Under the pieces are notes generated by a model. That model searched no databases. It was given only the letters and a program-made list of their open reading frames with translations, and was not told where the DNA came from. Source: Stegostoma tigrinum (lineage: Eukaryota). From it: a stretch of 64,000 bases of DNA. Shown piece after piece: positions 24,934-36,480 of the stretch (its first letter is position 1; every line of letters begins with the position of its first letter). The translations under genes and the position numbers were made by a program. The stretch spans positions 49,986,066-50,050,065 of the forward strand of contig NC_081373.1 in NCBI RefSeq assembly GCF_030684315.1. The letters run 5' to 3'.

Positions 24934-25575
24934 GTAGAGTAATGCACGGTGAACAGGGGGGTGGAGCAATGCAGCAAGGTGTGGTGGGATAGAGCAATGC
25001 AAGCAGGGTGGTGTGTGGGTGTGGAATAGAGTAATGCAGGCAGGGTGGGTTGCGGGATATGGGATAGAGTAATGCACGGTGAACAGGGGGATGGAGCAAT
25101 GCAGCAAGGTGTGTGTGGGATAGAGCAATGCAGCAAGGTGTGTGGGTGTGGGGTAGAGCAATGCAGGCAGGGTCGGGTGTGGGATAGAGTGATGTGCGGT
25201 GAACGGGAATAGAGCAAAGCAAGCAGGGTGGGGGTGTGGGACAGAGCAATGCACGGTGAACAGCGGGATAGTGTGATGCAAACAGGGTGAGGGTGTGGGA
25301 TAGAGCGATGAAGCTGATCGGGAGGGGAGAGGTCAGGGAACGTGGTGATAGAGCAATGCACCAGGTCCAGGAAAGGATATAGAGAATGCAGCCGTCCTGG
25401 GGTGAAGGGGACATATAATAATGTTGTGTGTCCTATGGGGGTGTGGTAAGCGAACAGGATAATGAAACAAGTCTAGAGGATACACCACTGTAAAGTGTCC
25501 ACGGAGGTACAGCAATGTAACAAGTGCGGGAAAATTGATCTGTGCAAAATGTGCGGGAATAGAGCAATGCAGCAT
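24934..25575. repeat. Degenerate tandem repeat (core ATAGAG(C/T)AATGCA, ~27-40 bp units) upstream of IPMK
   Basis: About 15 recurrences of the core separated by GT-rich spacers; a block starting near 24934 recurs near 25065. Confidence 0.85.
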
Positions 25576-26125
25576 GTTGGAGTATACAGGCGATGGTGCA
25601 ATTCAGAATGTGTATGGAGTATAGACATCTCAGTGTCACATAGCACAGAAGTCGCCTTGGATAGAAGCGTTAGCAGTTTGGTGAATGAGGAAGTTTGGTG
25701 AGGAATGGAAGCTGGGCTCCTTTGGGCCTTTTCACTCTCTGACAACTTGTTTGTATGCCACGTTGGGGGGAAGCAGCTAGCTGTTTGGTGAGTATCTGGT
25801 AAGTGATTAAGCTCTGCTGTGTTCTTGAGGTTTATAATAGCACAGGAACTGGTTGTGGGTTAAATAAAATATGTGTAACATATTGAATAAATGATTTAAA
25901 TAATGTAAGCATGGCGAGTGATACTGTAGCATCTTAGAACTCCTGAATACCATTGTGATGCAGGGTGAGGACATCTACGATCTTTACAGCTCCTAGAGTC
26001 GTAGAGTTCAACTTGGGCAGCTTTGGTTCAGAATTTAGGAGCTGGAGGACAAACTACACAGAGTGCAACACATCAGGAAGAGGTAATGTTACCTAGATAT
26101 TTTTGATAAAGAGCTAGTCTCTCCA

Positions 26126-26351
26126 CTTAAATAAAAAAATGAAAGAACTGCAGATGCTGTAAATCAGGAACAAAAACAAAGTTGCTGGAAAAGCTCAGCA
26201 GGTCTGACAGCAACTGTGATGGAAAAAGCAGAGTTAACGTTTCGGGACCGGTGACCTGAGGAAGGGTCACTGGACACAAAACATTAACTCTGTTTCTTCC
26301 TTCACAGATGCGGCCAGACTTGCTGAGCTTTTCCAGCAACTTCTGTTTTTG
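26126..26351. mobile_element. Fold-back insertion of a second Penelope-like family
   Basis: Arms GTTGCTGGAAAAGCTCAGCA and TGCTGAGCTTTTCCAGCAAC, with the tail on the left. An 11-bp TSD, TAGTCTCTCCA, lies at 26115-26125 and 26352-26362. Confidence 0.85.
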
Positions 26352-27012
26352 TAGTCTCTCCATCTGTCAGTTGCCAAGGAAAAGAGAGGGAGCTACAAGG
26401 GGGTCACCACAGTCAGGGGGATAGACATTGCACCGTCTTGTCAAGAGCATGAGTCAAGAAGTATATGTTATCTGCCCGGTAGCAGGGTTCGGGAAGTGTA
26501 AAGTCCTAGGAACTGGGACTGTGAAAATCCCATTGGTGTGGTCCACGTATTACATTGGTGTGACAAGGAAAGAGATTCTGCTCGGACTGTACAAAAAGCA
26601 AGGCACCAGCTTTAAAAGCAGAACCTGATTATTACCTGAACCAAGTACTCAGGCTCACTGGCAGTAGGGACAGTTGGAGGCTGCACTTTTTGGGACAGTC
26701 TGCACCCAAACTGTTCTGGGGCCAGTGTTCTAGTAAAGCATAAAAATGGGAAGTAGAGAGGCTTTAAACTAAACAATGGGGAATAAGGATCGAGCTTGGT
26801 ACATGTGATATATTAAGAAAAATAATCAAGTAGGGCTTTAAAATAAATAGTGTGTAGGAGTGGGGGAGGATGGGATGTTATGTTGCATGGAAAATTTTAA
26901 AAAGTCAAAGCATTAGGAGAAGGTGGGAGTGCAGGTTACTGATGAGGCTGCTTGTTACCAGAAAATGGCAGAACAGGACAGCTAGTGCATGTCATTTTGT
27001 ATGATCTGTGCT

Positions 27013-27242
27013 GGGTGGCAATAGTAGCTCAGTGATTAGCATTGTTGCCTCACGATGCTAGGGACCTGGGTTCAATTCCACCATTGAACGACAGTCAGTG
27101 TGGATTTTGCACATTCTCTCTCTTTCCCCACACCCCCCACATCATCTGCATGGATTTCCTCTGGGTGCTCCGGTTTCCTCCCTCAGTCTAAAGATGTGTC
27201 CAGGGATGTACAGGCTCTGTGGATTAGCCATGGAAAATGCAA
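27013..27242 (+). mobile_element. HE1-type V-SINE (3' truncated)
   Basis: GGGTGGCAATAGTAGCTCAGTG...GGGTTCAATTCC...GGGTGCTCCGGTTTCCTCC. Confidence 0.8.
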
Positions 27243-27269
27243 TCCAACACTGGCACCTCCACCTTATTC

Positions 27270-28456
27270 AGAAGGAGGGAGGAAGATGGTAGGAAACTAT
27301 ACACAAATCAGTTTAACATTTATTATTGAGAAATTCTTTGAATCTATTATTAAGGCAGAGTAACAGGACATTTGGCAAGTCAAAATGCAGTCCATCAGAG
27401 TCAGCATGGTTTGATGAATGGTAAATCGTGTTTTATTAACTTCTTAAAGCTCTTCAAAGATGTAACAAGCAAAGTGGATAGTAAGTGTCCTACAGAAATT
27501 GTAAATCTGGATTTCCGGAGTCATCTGATAAGGTGCTGCGTAAAAGGTTAATATGCAAGGTAAGATCTCAATGAACAGTTCCTGGACACGAAACATTAAC
27601 TTTATTCTTCTCTTTATAGATGCTGCCAGACCTGCTTCAGCACTCTCTGTTTCTGTTTGATATTATTAGGGGTAATGCATTAGCTTGGACAGAGGATTAG
27701 CTAACTTACAGAAAGCGAAGAGTTGGGATAACTGAGTCTTCCTTTGGTTGGTAAGCCATACCTATGGGATGCCTCAGGGTTCATACCTCTGATGCCAAAT
27801 ATTTACAATGTATATTAATAATGTGAATGCAGGGATTGAATCCACCATAGCCAGGTATGCAGATTAAACTGAAATAGGTGGGACGTTAAGTTGCAATGAA
27901 GAATAGAAAAGCAACTTATTAACTAAATGAAGAGAAACTTGAAAATGCTTCAATGCAGCGGGATCTGGGTGTCCTTGTGTATTGCACAAAACTAATATGC
28001 TGGCCGCACAGGTAATAAGGAGGGGAAATGGAATTTTTATCAGTTATTGCTGAAGGAATAGAATATAGAAGCAGAGAAGTGTTGCTGCAACTGTACTAGG
28101 CATTGGTGAGACCACACCTCATCCCTTTGAGGAAGGATGTAATTGAATAGGAGGCAGTTTAAAGAAATTTAACTAGATTAATTCCAGAGATGAAAAGTTT
28201 TACATATGAGGAGAGAATGACCAGTTTAGGCTGATACTCACGAAAATTTAGAAGAATGAGAGGATATGTAATTGAGGTACATAACATGCAAAAGGAGTAT
28301 GACAAAGTAGGCAATGTGATATGAGAGGTCATAGTTTTCGACCAAGGGGTGGCAGATTTAATACAAAGAAGAGAAGGAATTACTTCAGTCAAAGGTTGTG
28401 AATCTGGAATTCACAACTGCAGAGTGTGGCTGTCGCTGGTACACTGAGTAAATTTA
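27270..28456 (+). mobile_element. Decayed CR1 ORF2 (RT) with nested insertions
   Basis: SQHG..GKSC, PQGS and LYxALVRPHL remnants; the element resumes briefly after 29240. Confidence 0.75.
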
Positions 28457-29230
28457 GATTTAGGTTTATTGTCATGTATACTTAAGTACAGGGTGCAAGT
28501 GTATGGTGTCATCACGCATGGCACCATTTTAGGTACAAAACATCTGGGCACAAAATCGTACAGAAGTAGAAAAGTAAAGATATAAGTTAAAATGTTCAGC
28601 ACTACAGTATTCTTAGCACAAAAACTGGAAAAATAAAGAGACAAAGTTTAAAAAGTCAAAGGTAACAGTCCTTTCTTAAGCCATGGGCCTGCAGATTCTC
28701 CACGTTGGTCTTTCCCCAACAGGGCTCACCCTTACCTTCGCTGGGCCAAGGACCCACCTATGCTCGCCAGGCACCTTTGCCACTGCTGACCTCCATCGAG
28801 CACATCAGGCTTCACTGCAGCTCACAAGGCTTCAGCCCTGACTGCAGTTTCAATGCTGCTATCGTCTTTCATGACTGACCACCACTGGCGCCATCTTTTG
28901 CCGCAACCTCATTACTAACCACTGCTGTCACCATCCTTCGCCACTGCTGCCACCATCCAAGCCTGCACTGGGTTCCAGCCACTGTCATGCTCTGTTGCTG
29001 CATTAACCACTTCACAGCAGAGTTCTGGTTTGGTACCACTCCAGACATTGATGATGGTGGGTGGTACTGCAGCTTCAAAGTCCCTCAGTTGCTGCAGTCG
29101 TTGCCTCCACAACTGAGCTCTAAAGATGAAAGGACTAAAAGAAAGAGAAAAAGTGAGAAAAGACGAAAGAAAAGCAGTTAGAGCAGACAAGCTCTGATGA
29201 GGAGCCCTACTTCACTGCCATCTTGACTAT
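28452..29230 (-). mobile_element. Non-coding retroelement-like insertion with an AAGATGGC start and an AATAAA+(CTAAAT) tail
   Basis: Splits a CR1 3' region. The minus strand begins GTCAAGATGGCAGTG and ends GACAATAAACCTAAATCTAAAT. Confidence 0.55.
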
Positions 29231-29329
29231 GGAGGAGTCACTTAAAGAGGACCTAGATATGTTTATATTCAGTAATGGGTTAAAGGATTGTAGGCAGCCA
29301 GCAGGAAAGTTGTGCATTATATTTTCATA

Positions 29330-29979
29330 CTCAAGGTTGTGGAATTTTGGGTGAAACTTAGAAAAGCACATATGGATTGAAAATAAAAACCTTATTTTTA
29401 GTTTCAGGCACTTAGGAAAAGCTTGATGTGTAAAGCTGGTGCCCCCAAGGTAGAGAGATTACCTCAGTATAAGCGTGTTTACTTCAAATATTCCAGACCG
29501 TGTTTACTTCAAATGTTCCAGACCAGAATTGTTTGGTTAAAACCTGAAATGGTTACTTGAAGCTTTGAAGTCTAAGCTTAATTGTATGAAGGCTCCTGAA
29601 AGAAGATATCAGACCCCCAAGATGGGGACTTTACCAAAATTAAAATCAAGCCGTACACAAATAAAAGAGAAGGAACTTTGTCAGGAAAAGTGATTACTGT
29701 TAAAGAGAGTTGTTGGGATGAATGGGATTGTATTTCACAGGGTGTTCAGAAGATTTCAAATTTTTATGTGTAAAATTGATTTAATTTATTTTATCTTAAC
29801 TTTGTTTCATTTTGCGTAACAAACTTTTGTTTTATTGTTAAACCTAAATATGAAACTTCAAGTATTTGTGTTTCAGTGAAAGACCCATTGTCAACACAAA
29901 AAAAAATTATGACCTATCAAGCCAGATTTCTGGCTAGGATCTGACTTGTCCAGGAACAACATCAGCTGTGATCATAACA
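29330..29979. mobile_element. Probable solo LTR remnant
   Basis: A non-coding block between CR1 pieces ending in GATCATAACA (TGT..ACA-type LTR end); the left boundary is uncertain. Confidence 0.4.
29474..29523. repeat. 25-bp tandem duplication (1 mismatch)
   Basis: CGTGTTTACTTCAAAT(A/G)TTCCAGAC occurs twice. Confidence 0.9.
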
Positions 29980-30920
29980 AGAGAGTATACATAAATGGAT
30001 CTTTTTCTGTATGACAGGATATGATGAGTGGAGTACCACAGGGGTCTGTGCTGGGAATCAACTTTTCATGATTTACGTCAATGACTTAGATGAGGTGAGG
30101 AGAGGCATGTCAGCTAAACTCTCAGATGCTACCAAGGTATGTAGGAAACTGTTGTGATGGGGACGTTAGGAGAATGCAGGTAGTTAGATATAGTAGGAAC
30201 TGCAGGTGCGGGAGAATGAGATAACAAGGTGTAGAGCTGGATGAACGCAGCAGGCCAAGCAGCATCAGAGGAGCAGGAAGGCTGATGTTTCAGGCCTAGA
30301 CGCTTCTTCAGAAAATTCTGAAATGTCAGCCTTCCTGCTCCTTTGCTGCTTGGCCTGCTGTGTTCATCCAGCTCTACACCTTCTTATCTCAGTTATAGAC
30401 AGGTTGTGAATCTACAAAAATCTGTCCAATGATGGATAGTGTGGGAAAATATGAAGTTGTTCACTTTGACAGGTTGATTAAACGTATCAAATATTTCCTA
30501 AATGGATAATGTCTGCAGAATTCCAAGGCGTAGAGGAATCTTGATGTTCTTCTGCATGAGTCACAAGTTCGTGAGTGTGCCCAACAAGTAATCAAGAAGA
30601 CTACTGGAATGCTATCTTTATTTGCAAGAAGAATTGACCATAAATGTGAGGATGTTAGCCGCCTTATGCAGGTCATTTGTGAGATGACATCTCAAATATT
30701 GTGTGTAGTTTTGGTCGCTGGATTTCTGGAAGAATGTAAATACATTGGGGACAGTTCAGAGGAGATTCACGAGATTAATACCTCAAATGAGCAGATTCTT
30801 CTGAGGAGAAGTTGAACACTGGAGTTGAGAAGTGTGAGGGGTAATGTAATTGAGTCAGTATGGAATCCTGAATGGATTGGATAAGGTGGATGTGGAAAGG
30901 ACCGCAGCCTTTGCAGGGGA
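29980..30920 (+). mobile_element. Decayed CR1 RT fragment
   Basis: SGVPQGSVLG...IYVNDLDE motif at 30027-30095. Confidence 0.8.
30191..30390. mobile_element. Penelope-like fold-back insertion (tail on the left) nested in a CR1
   Basis: Same GCTGGATGAACxCAGCAGGCCAAGCAGCATC arm in both orientations; more diverged than the other copies. Confidence 0.8.
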
Positions 30921-30999
30921 TAGAGTAATGAATTCAATGCAGGGAGGGAGAACAATAAAGCCAATATAACTATGTTTCCCAAACATTTACTCATAGTGA

Positions 31000-31187
31000 A
31001 GATAATAAAATGTGAGGCTGGATGAACACAACAGGCCAAGCAGCATCTCAGGAGCACAAAAGCTGACGTTTCGGGACTAGACCCTCCTTCAGAGAGCTCC
31101 TGAGATGCTGCTTGGCCTGCTGTGTTCATCCAGCCTCACATTTTATTATCTTGGAATTCTCCAGCATCTGCAGTTCCCATCATCTCT
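31000..31187. mobile_element. Short Penelope-like fold-back insertion
   Basis: Inverted arms plus a ~35-nt tail. A 16-bp TSD, CATTTACTCATAGTGA, lies at 30984-30999 and 31188-31203. Confidence 0.88.
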
Positions 31188-31439
31188 CATTTACTCATAG
31201 TGACCCTGTTTTGGTGCTTGACAAAGGGAATGACAGAAGCTTTGGGTGAGCAGGCCAGTGGTCTGTGGGAGTGAGCAACCCGAGAGACCTGTGGGGTGAG
31301 GGGAACTGTTTCATTTGTAGAGTTCTTCACCACCTCCACAGGTCATTCAGACTTCAGTGTTCAGACAGTTGGGCCAGTTTCATCACTGATGATATAAAGG
31401 GGCACATAGCTCTTCGTGGTTCCAATCATATCATATACC

Positions 31440-32112
31440 CACACTTCTCTCTAGTCTGCTGCATTCACTGCTCACTATGTGGTCTCGTGTACATCAGGGA
31501 GACAAGGCATTAGACTGGATGACTGCTTCACAGAACATCTACGTTCTGCCAGCGAAAAAGACCCTGAACTTCCAGTTGCCTGACTATTCCACGCACCACA
31601 TTGTTGCCTGGCTAACCTCTTTGTCTCAGGTTTGCTGCAGTGCTCCAGCATTGCTTAGCACAGGCTAGAAGAACAGTATCTCATTTTCCATTTGGAGACC
31701 TTGCAGCCTTCTGGATCCAGTATCAAGTTCAGCACCTTTAGGGCTTGAGGCATGTTCTCCAATGTTCATACCCCAACACCCATGCACCAGGCTTTGATAT
31801 CACAAGGGCTGCTACCACAAACATTGTCAGCCATTAACGGTCCCCATTAGCAGCTATTCATTCTCCCAGGCTGACATTTATTCATTTCTTTCCCTCTGGA
31901 CTTCATCTCAACCTATCATTTACCCTTCCCCTCTCCTCTCCCCCTTCTCTAGCATATATACCAACGTTTTCTTTGCTACTTCCAGTTCTGAGGAAGGGTC
32001 GCCAGACCTGAAATGGTAACTCTGTTTTCTGCCCTCAGGTGCTGCCAGACCTGATTTTTTTTTTTGGAGCAATTTCTGATTTTCTTTCTGATTTCCAGCA
32101 TCTGTGGTTCTT
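31440..32112 (+). mobile_element. Decayed Penelope-like 3' segment with GIY-YIG endonuclease
   Basis: LVCCIHCSLCGLVYIRET has CxxC between GIY- and YIG-like motifs, typical of PLE endonucleases. It is followed by a pyrimidine-rich UTR and a CTGAGGAAGGGTC...GAAA terminus. Confidence 0.8.
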
Positions 32113-33317
32113 TAGTTCATCTTTAGCTCTTAGCGCTCAGTCGGAGCTCTCCAGCCACCATTGCTACCTCAGACCTCACATTACCAGATATTTTAGCTCC
32201 GTGAGGTTACAAGCCACAGTTTGGGAAGCCCTGTTGTGGAGAGACTAAGGGAAGTGTAAGCCGAGGGCAGGGCCAGCTTGGGCATTACAGTGGGGTGTAG
32301 TCTTGGTGGGAAGAGAAGGCCAAACCCCACCTACTACTGTGGTGACCCCAACAGAAGGGTCACAACCCACAGTTTGAGAAGTGCTGTAAGATTTGAATCA
32401 TACTGCCATGTCCACCAAAGAAAACTTTGCACAGCCACGGCCTCTCTCTTGACCTTGGGACATCACAAAATACTCACTAAGATAAGACCAGGGCGGGCTG
32501 AAGTCATACTAATAGAACTTCCTTCTCTCGGGCACTACGGCTAGCAGCATTTTAAACTTGCTCCTGCATTAGCACCAGCCAGCCGTTGGAGTGGAGAGCT
32601 GGTTGAACAGAAAGTGGGTGAAAACAGGGGCCCTGGGATTGGAACAAGCAGTAAAGAAATTTCTTCCCCAGTGCAAGCTAAAGAACCAGAACATGGAAAA
32701 GTACAGAAGCACAAATGTCAGACAGGCAAAAAAAAAAGTGAAAAGTGTACATGAAAGGAAATAATTATAGTTGCTCACGTTGGAATTCCGACGGACAGAG
32801 CTAGCTGAAAAATATGTAAACAGGAAGAAAGGATCTCTGGACATGAAGTGCAAGTAGACACACAATTTTTAATACATTAAGTACAGAATTAGTGACCTTA
32901 GAAATTGCAGACAGCGAGTCCTTCAGGCAGAGAAAACATTTTCTACTATGATCTAAGGGAATACCAATCTCTTTAAAAAAAATGATTTTCAATGCTTCCC
33001 TGTGTTGGAGTTTCTTTTTGGAACTTATTGTAATTAAGCCTTTCAAATCAAAAATAAAGTCTTGTGCAGTAATTGTAGATGTTTGAAGTAGGACAGAATG
33101 TTTAAGTTTGACAGGGTCTGCTACTTTTTTGTTGAGAATTATAACCTCAGATTTATTGTGTCTTTAAACACGTCAGCTTAAAATGCCCATCGATCTTTCC
33201 TGTTTCTGCATTATTAAACTTTCTCCAATTAAGTTTCAGCCAAGCCACTGTAAGACGACACGTGACAGATTGGAAGAAATTGAGGGATTATTCATTAAGT
33301 AAAACTTAAGTATGAAA

Positions 33318-33410
33318 TGCTCCTGAGATGCTGCTTGGCCTGCTGTGTTCATCCAGCCTCACATTTTATTATCTTGGAATCTCCAGCATCTGCAGTTCCC
33401 ATGATCTCTG
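33318..33410 (+). mobile_element. Single tail-bearing Penelope-like 3' terminus
   Basis: Near-identical to the last ~90 nt of the 56201-57486 element. Confidence 0.85.
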
Positions 33411-34119
33411 AAGGGTACCATGTGCTTGTTTGAAAGATGGTGCCCAAAAATCTAAAATTGGTGTTAGCAGCCTGGAATTCCTTTGTGGAAAGTGTTGGTT
33501 GTATAACAAGCAGTCGGGAAATTTTAAGCAGTTTCTTTCCTTTAAAACTGTGTGCCAAAGTCTTCTTGGAAAGCTTTGCTGGAATGCAATTTCAACTTCA
33601 CCATTTTGCCTTGCAGCGCACAGATAGAATAGCGTTTGACAGCCCAGAAGCTCTCCTTCATATCCTGGAGTTAGGAATTTTGATCAAATAGATGTTGTAT
33701 CGAACAGCACTGACATCTAAACCATCTAGTGTTTCTCGATCTTATATTGAAGACAGCAGTTGAATTCACTGCTATGGGAGTCATATGATGAAGCCAGCTG
33801 GATTGGAACTTGAATGTGGGCCTCCTGGCCTAGAGGAATGGTCACAACTACTAGGCCACAACAGCAATCAAACGTTTTTGTGAGACGAGCGTAATTTGCA
33901 ACTCCGTTGTAATGAGGATTTCTTTCAGAGATAACCATTTCTGTAGCAGATTGTCACACAATAGCGAGCTTTCCAGACTAATCAGGAGGTAGCTGGGTGT
34001 TGATTGGCTGGTATTGACTTCACAGAAGGTTCCAGAACATTATTGACAAGTCCAGTCTCATAATTATAGCAGTCATCTCTGTGGGCTGTTTACTGTATTG
34101 TTAAAAGCCACTAAATCTA

Positions 34120-34400
34120 TTTAGATTACATTACCTACAGTGTGGAAACAGGCCCTTCAGCCCAACAAGTCTACTCCACCCCTTGAAGCATCCCCCTATA
34201 CCCCACACACCCCTGAACACTATGGGCACTTTAGCATAGCCGATCCGCCTAGCCTGCACGTCTTTGGACTGTGGGAGGAAACCGGAGCAGACGCGGGGAG
34301 AATATGCACGCTCCACACACAGTTGCCCGAGGCTAGAACCAAGTTCGGGCCCCTGCCGCTGTGAGGCTGCAGTGCTATCGCTGAGCCACTGTGCCACCCC
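34120..34400 (-). mobile_element. HE1-type tRNA-derived V-SINE
   Basis: Minus strand GGGGTGGCACAGTGGCTCAG (A box), a GGTTC B-box region, the V-domain GCTCCGGTTTCCTCCCACAGTCCAAAGA, and a CR1-like tail. Confidence 0.85.
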
Positions 34401-34860
34401 AGTGGATGTACAATCTGTTCTTGACATATAAATGGACTGTAATTTTCTGCAGTTAATCATTTTGAAGATCATCATCATCAGCTACCGCAGAAACTTTGTA
34501 CCTTCTGCTGTCAATTTTATCTGCTCCCTGTCATAGACTCGTATTAATATTTATTTGCAACCTCACTATTCTGTCTAATCTCTAGTTGAACTTCTAGTAC
34601 CACAGGCTATATAATTCCTCTGCTGTGAGATGGAATGGGACGTGATCCAAATTAGCCTATACCCAGCAGTCTTGGATGAGCTCCGGTTTGTGAAGATTGT
34701 GGAGGTTGGCAAGGAAAGCATTGGATTAGTCACGTCTGAAAGAAATTAAGGGCATGGATGACAGTTTTAGCACCGGATCAGTTGAGCCAGGACCAGCTTT
34801 GGTGCAATATTAGAGGTGGAAATAAATGATCCTATAGTGTGAAGGATAGTTGGTGGGAAG

Positions 34861-34946
34861 GACATTGTCTGATCATTTAAAGTCAGTGGAGTTAGTTGGG
34901 TGAGACATTGTCTGATCATTTAAAGTCAGTGGAGTTAGTTGGGTGA
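34861..34946. repeat. Perfect 43-bp tandem duplication
   Basis: GACATTGTCTGATCATTTAAAGTCAGTGGAGTTAGTTGGGTGA occurs twice. Confidence 0.95.
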
Positions 34947-35004
34947 GGCAGACCCAGATGTCACCAGCCTTGTTACAAAGACATTTTACATTTAAAATTA
35001 GGAG

Positions 35005-35168
35005 TATATTACTGCAGATGCTGGAGTCTGTACTGAAAACAGAAAAATGCTGGAAATCTCAGCAGATCAGGTAGCATCCTTGGAGAGAGAGCAACCTAAC
35101 ATTTCAAGTCTAGATGACTCTTTATCTGAGCTCTGATATAAAGAGTCATCTAGACTCAACGTTAGCTT
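35005..35168. mobile_element. Penelope-like terminal fragment with a short fold-back
   Basis: GTCTAGATGACTCTTTAT and ATAAAGAGTCATCTAGAC form an inverted pair; a CTGCAGATGCTGG tail lies on the left. Confidence 0.7.
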
Positions 35169-35699
35169 ACAGTTAATATTGCTTGGAGGACTTCGGTTTT
35201 GAAAGACTGGAAAATTGGTTTCTTTAACAGACTTCATTGGAAGTTCACTGTGGACATTAACAGTACTCATTAACAAGGCTTTCTGTAAGCCACATGATTG
35301 CCAGTAACAGCTTGGTTTGCTGCCAGCCATCTCAGCCAGCTGTTCTACCTGGTTCAGTTGGTGGAAAACTTGCTGAGAACAAGTTGCCTCGCTATCTCTC
35401 CCTGATGAGTTCAGGATAAAACCTATTTGTTCTTTTGAATGAGTGTTTCAAGAAGCACCTTGAGATTCTATTTCCTCATCAAGCTGAGTCTCCAAGACAA
35501 CTGTGTGTACATAGTGACTTGATGCATATTGCCAGACCAATGGACTCTGAAGCAATCTGTTTTTATCCTTTCCCCTCAAGAATTACCATTGGCCATAATC
35601 AAAATTAGTTTAGTTTGTAAAGTTAACTTCTGCAGCAAGAGCTTTTCTTTATCTCTCTTCTTAGTCAAGTGTATGTGTTTTGGGGATGTTTTAAGGGGC

Positions 35700-36480
35700 A
35701 GCAATGCACAAGAAATGGCGATTCATTTATACAAGTGAGAATTCAATTGCAAGTGAAGTAGCTCGAACAGGAAAGAGAAATTGAATTTTTTTTTTAAAAA
35801 AGGCCTAAACTTGAATGGGAAGTGCTGCAGAGAGCAGAAAAAGAAATAAAATCTCAGTGGGAGGAAGAGGAAAGGAAAGAGCACTCAGGGTGGTTGAAAC
35901 AAAAAGGAAAATTTTAGAAGTTTTGAACTTGAGTTTAAGGCAAAGTAAAAAGACAGAAAGAGAGAGATTATTGGCTTAAAAAGAGTCCTCTGACTCTAGA
36001 ACATTCTTTGGCATGACATCCTGATTCCAAACCAGACCCAGTGGCAGGGGAGTTTAAATTTGTGCAGACTCCAGAAAAAATTTATGAAGAGGCATTTTTC
36101 ATTTCTTTGGTAAGGTTAACTGAGTAAATTAGGTGGCCAGGTGAGAACTGGTTATTGCTCACGTGAAGCAGGCTGCCTGCCAGAGCTCATGAAGGTTAGG
36201 CCATACTTCTGAGATTTCCATAGCTGAGGAGGTGGTTTAAAAAAAACATTCTCAGTATGTCCAGGTTGGATCATGAGGCTGACAGGCAGGAATTTCAGAA
36301 TATCCAGAAACAACCTTGGCAGACATGAATTTGAGAGGTTAAAATAAAGTAAATTTGAACCTTTGGATCTGGGCATTAAGTTTAAGTCGAAGTTAAAGCC
36401 AAGAGAATTCTGGAATTCTGCTGAATGAAATTTCAGATTCATTTGAGGAATTGGAGACCACCTCACAGACTTGCAGACAA
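35700..36480 (+). mobile_element. Decayed Gypsy (Gmr1-like) gag remnant
   Basis: A reading across frameshifts near 36243-36380, KNILSMSRLDHEADRQEFQNIQKQPWQT..EFER, resembles the EAYRQxFR SCAN-like capsid segment. Confidence 0.5.

Noticed and set aside
24616-25414. Three overlapping minus-strand ORFs of 221-231 aa with repeated LHCSIP
   Set aside because: They are translations of the upstream tandem array. None is continuous with the IPMK frame, which has a stop at 24733-24731.
24934-25575. Repeat-spacer pattern reminiscent of a CRISPR array
   Set aside because: The context is a eukaryotic genome, the spacers are themselves repeated, the repeats are short and degenerate, and there are no cas genes.
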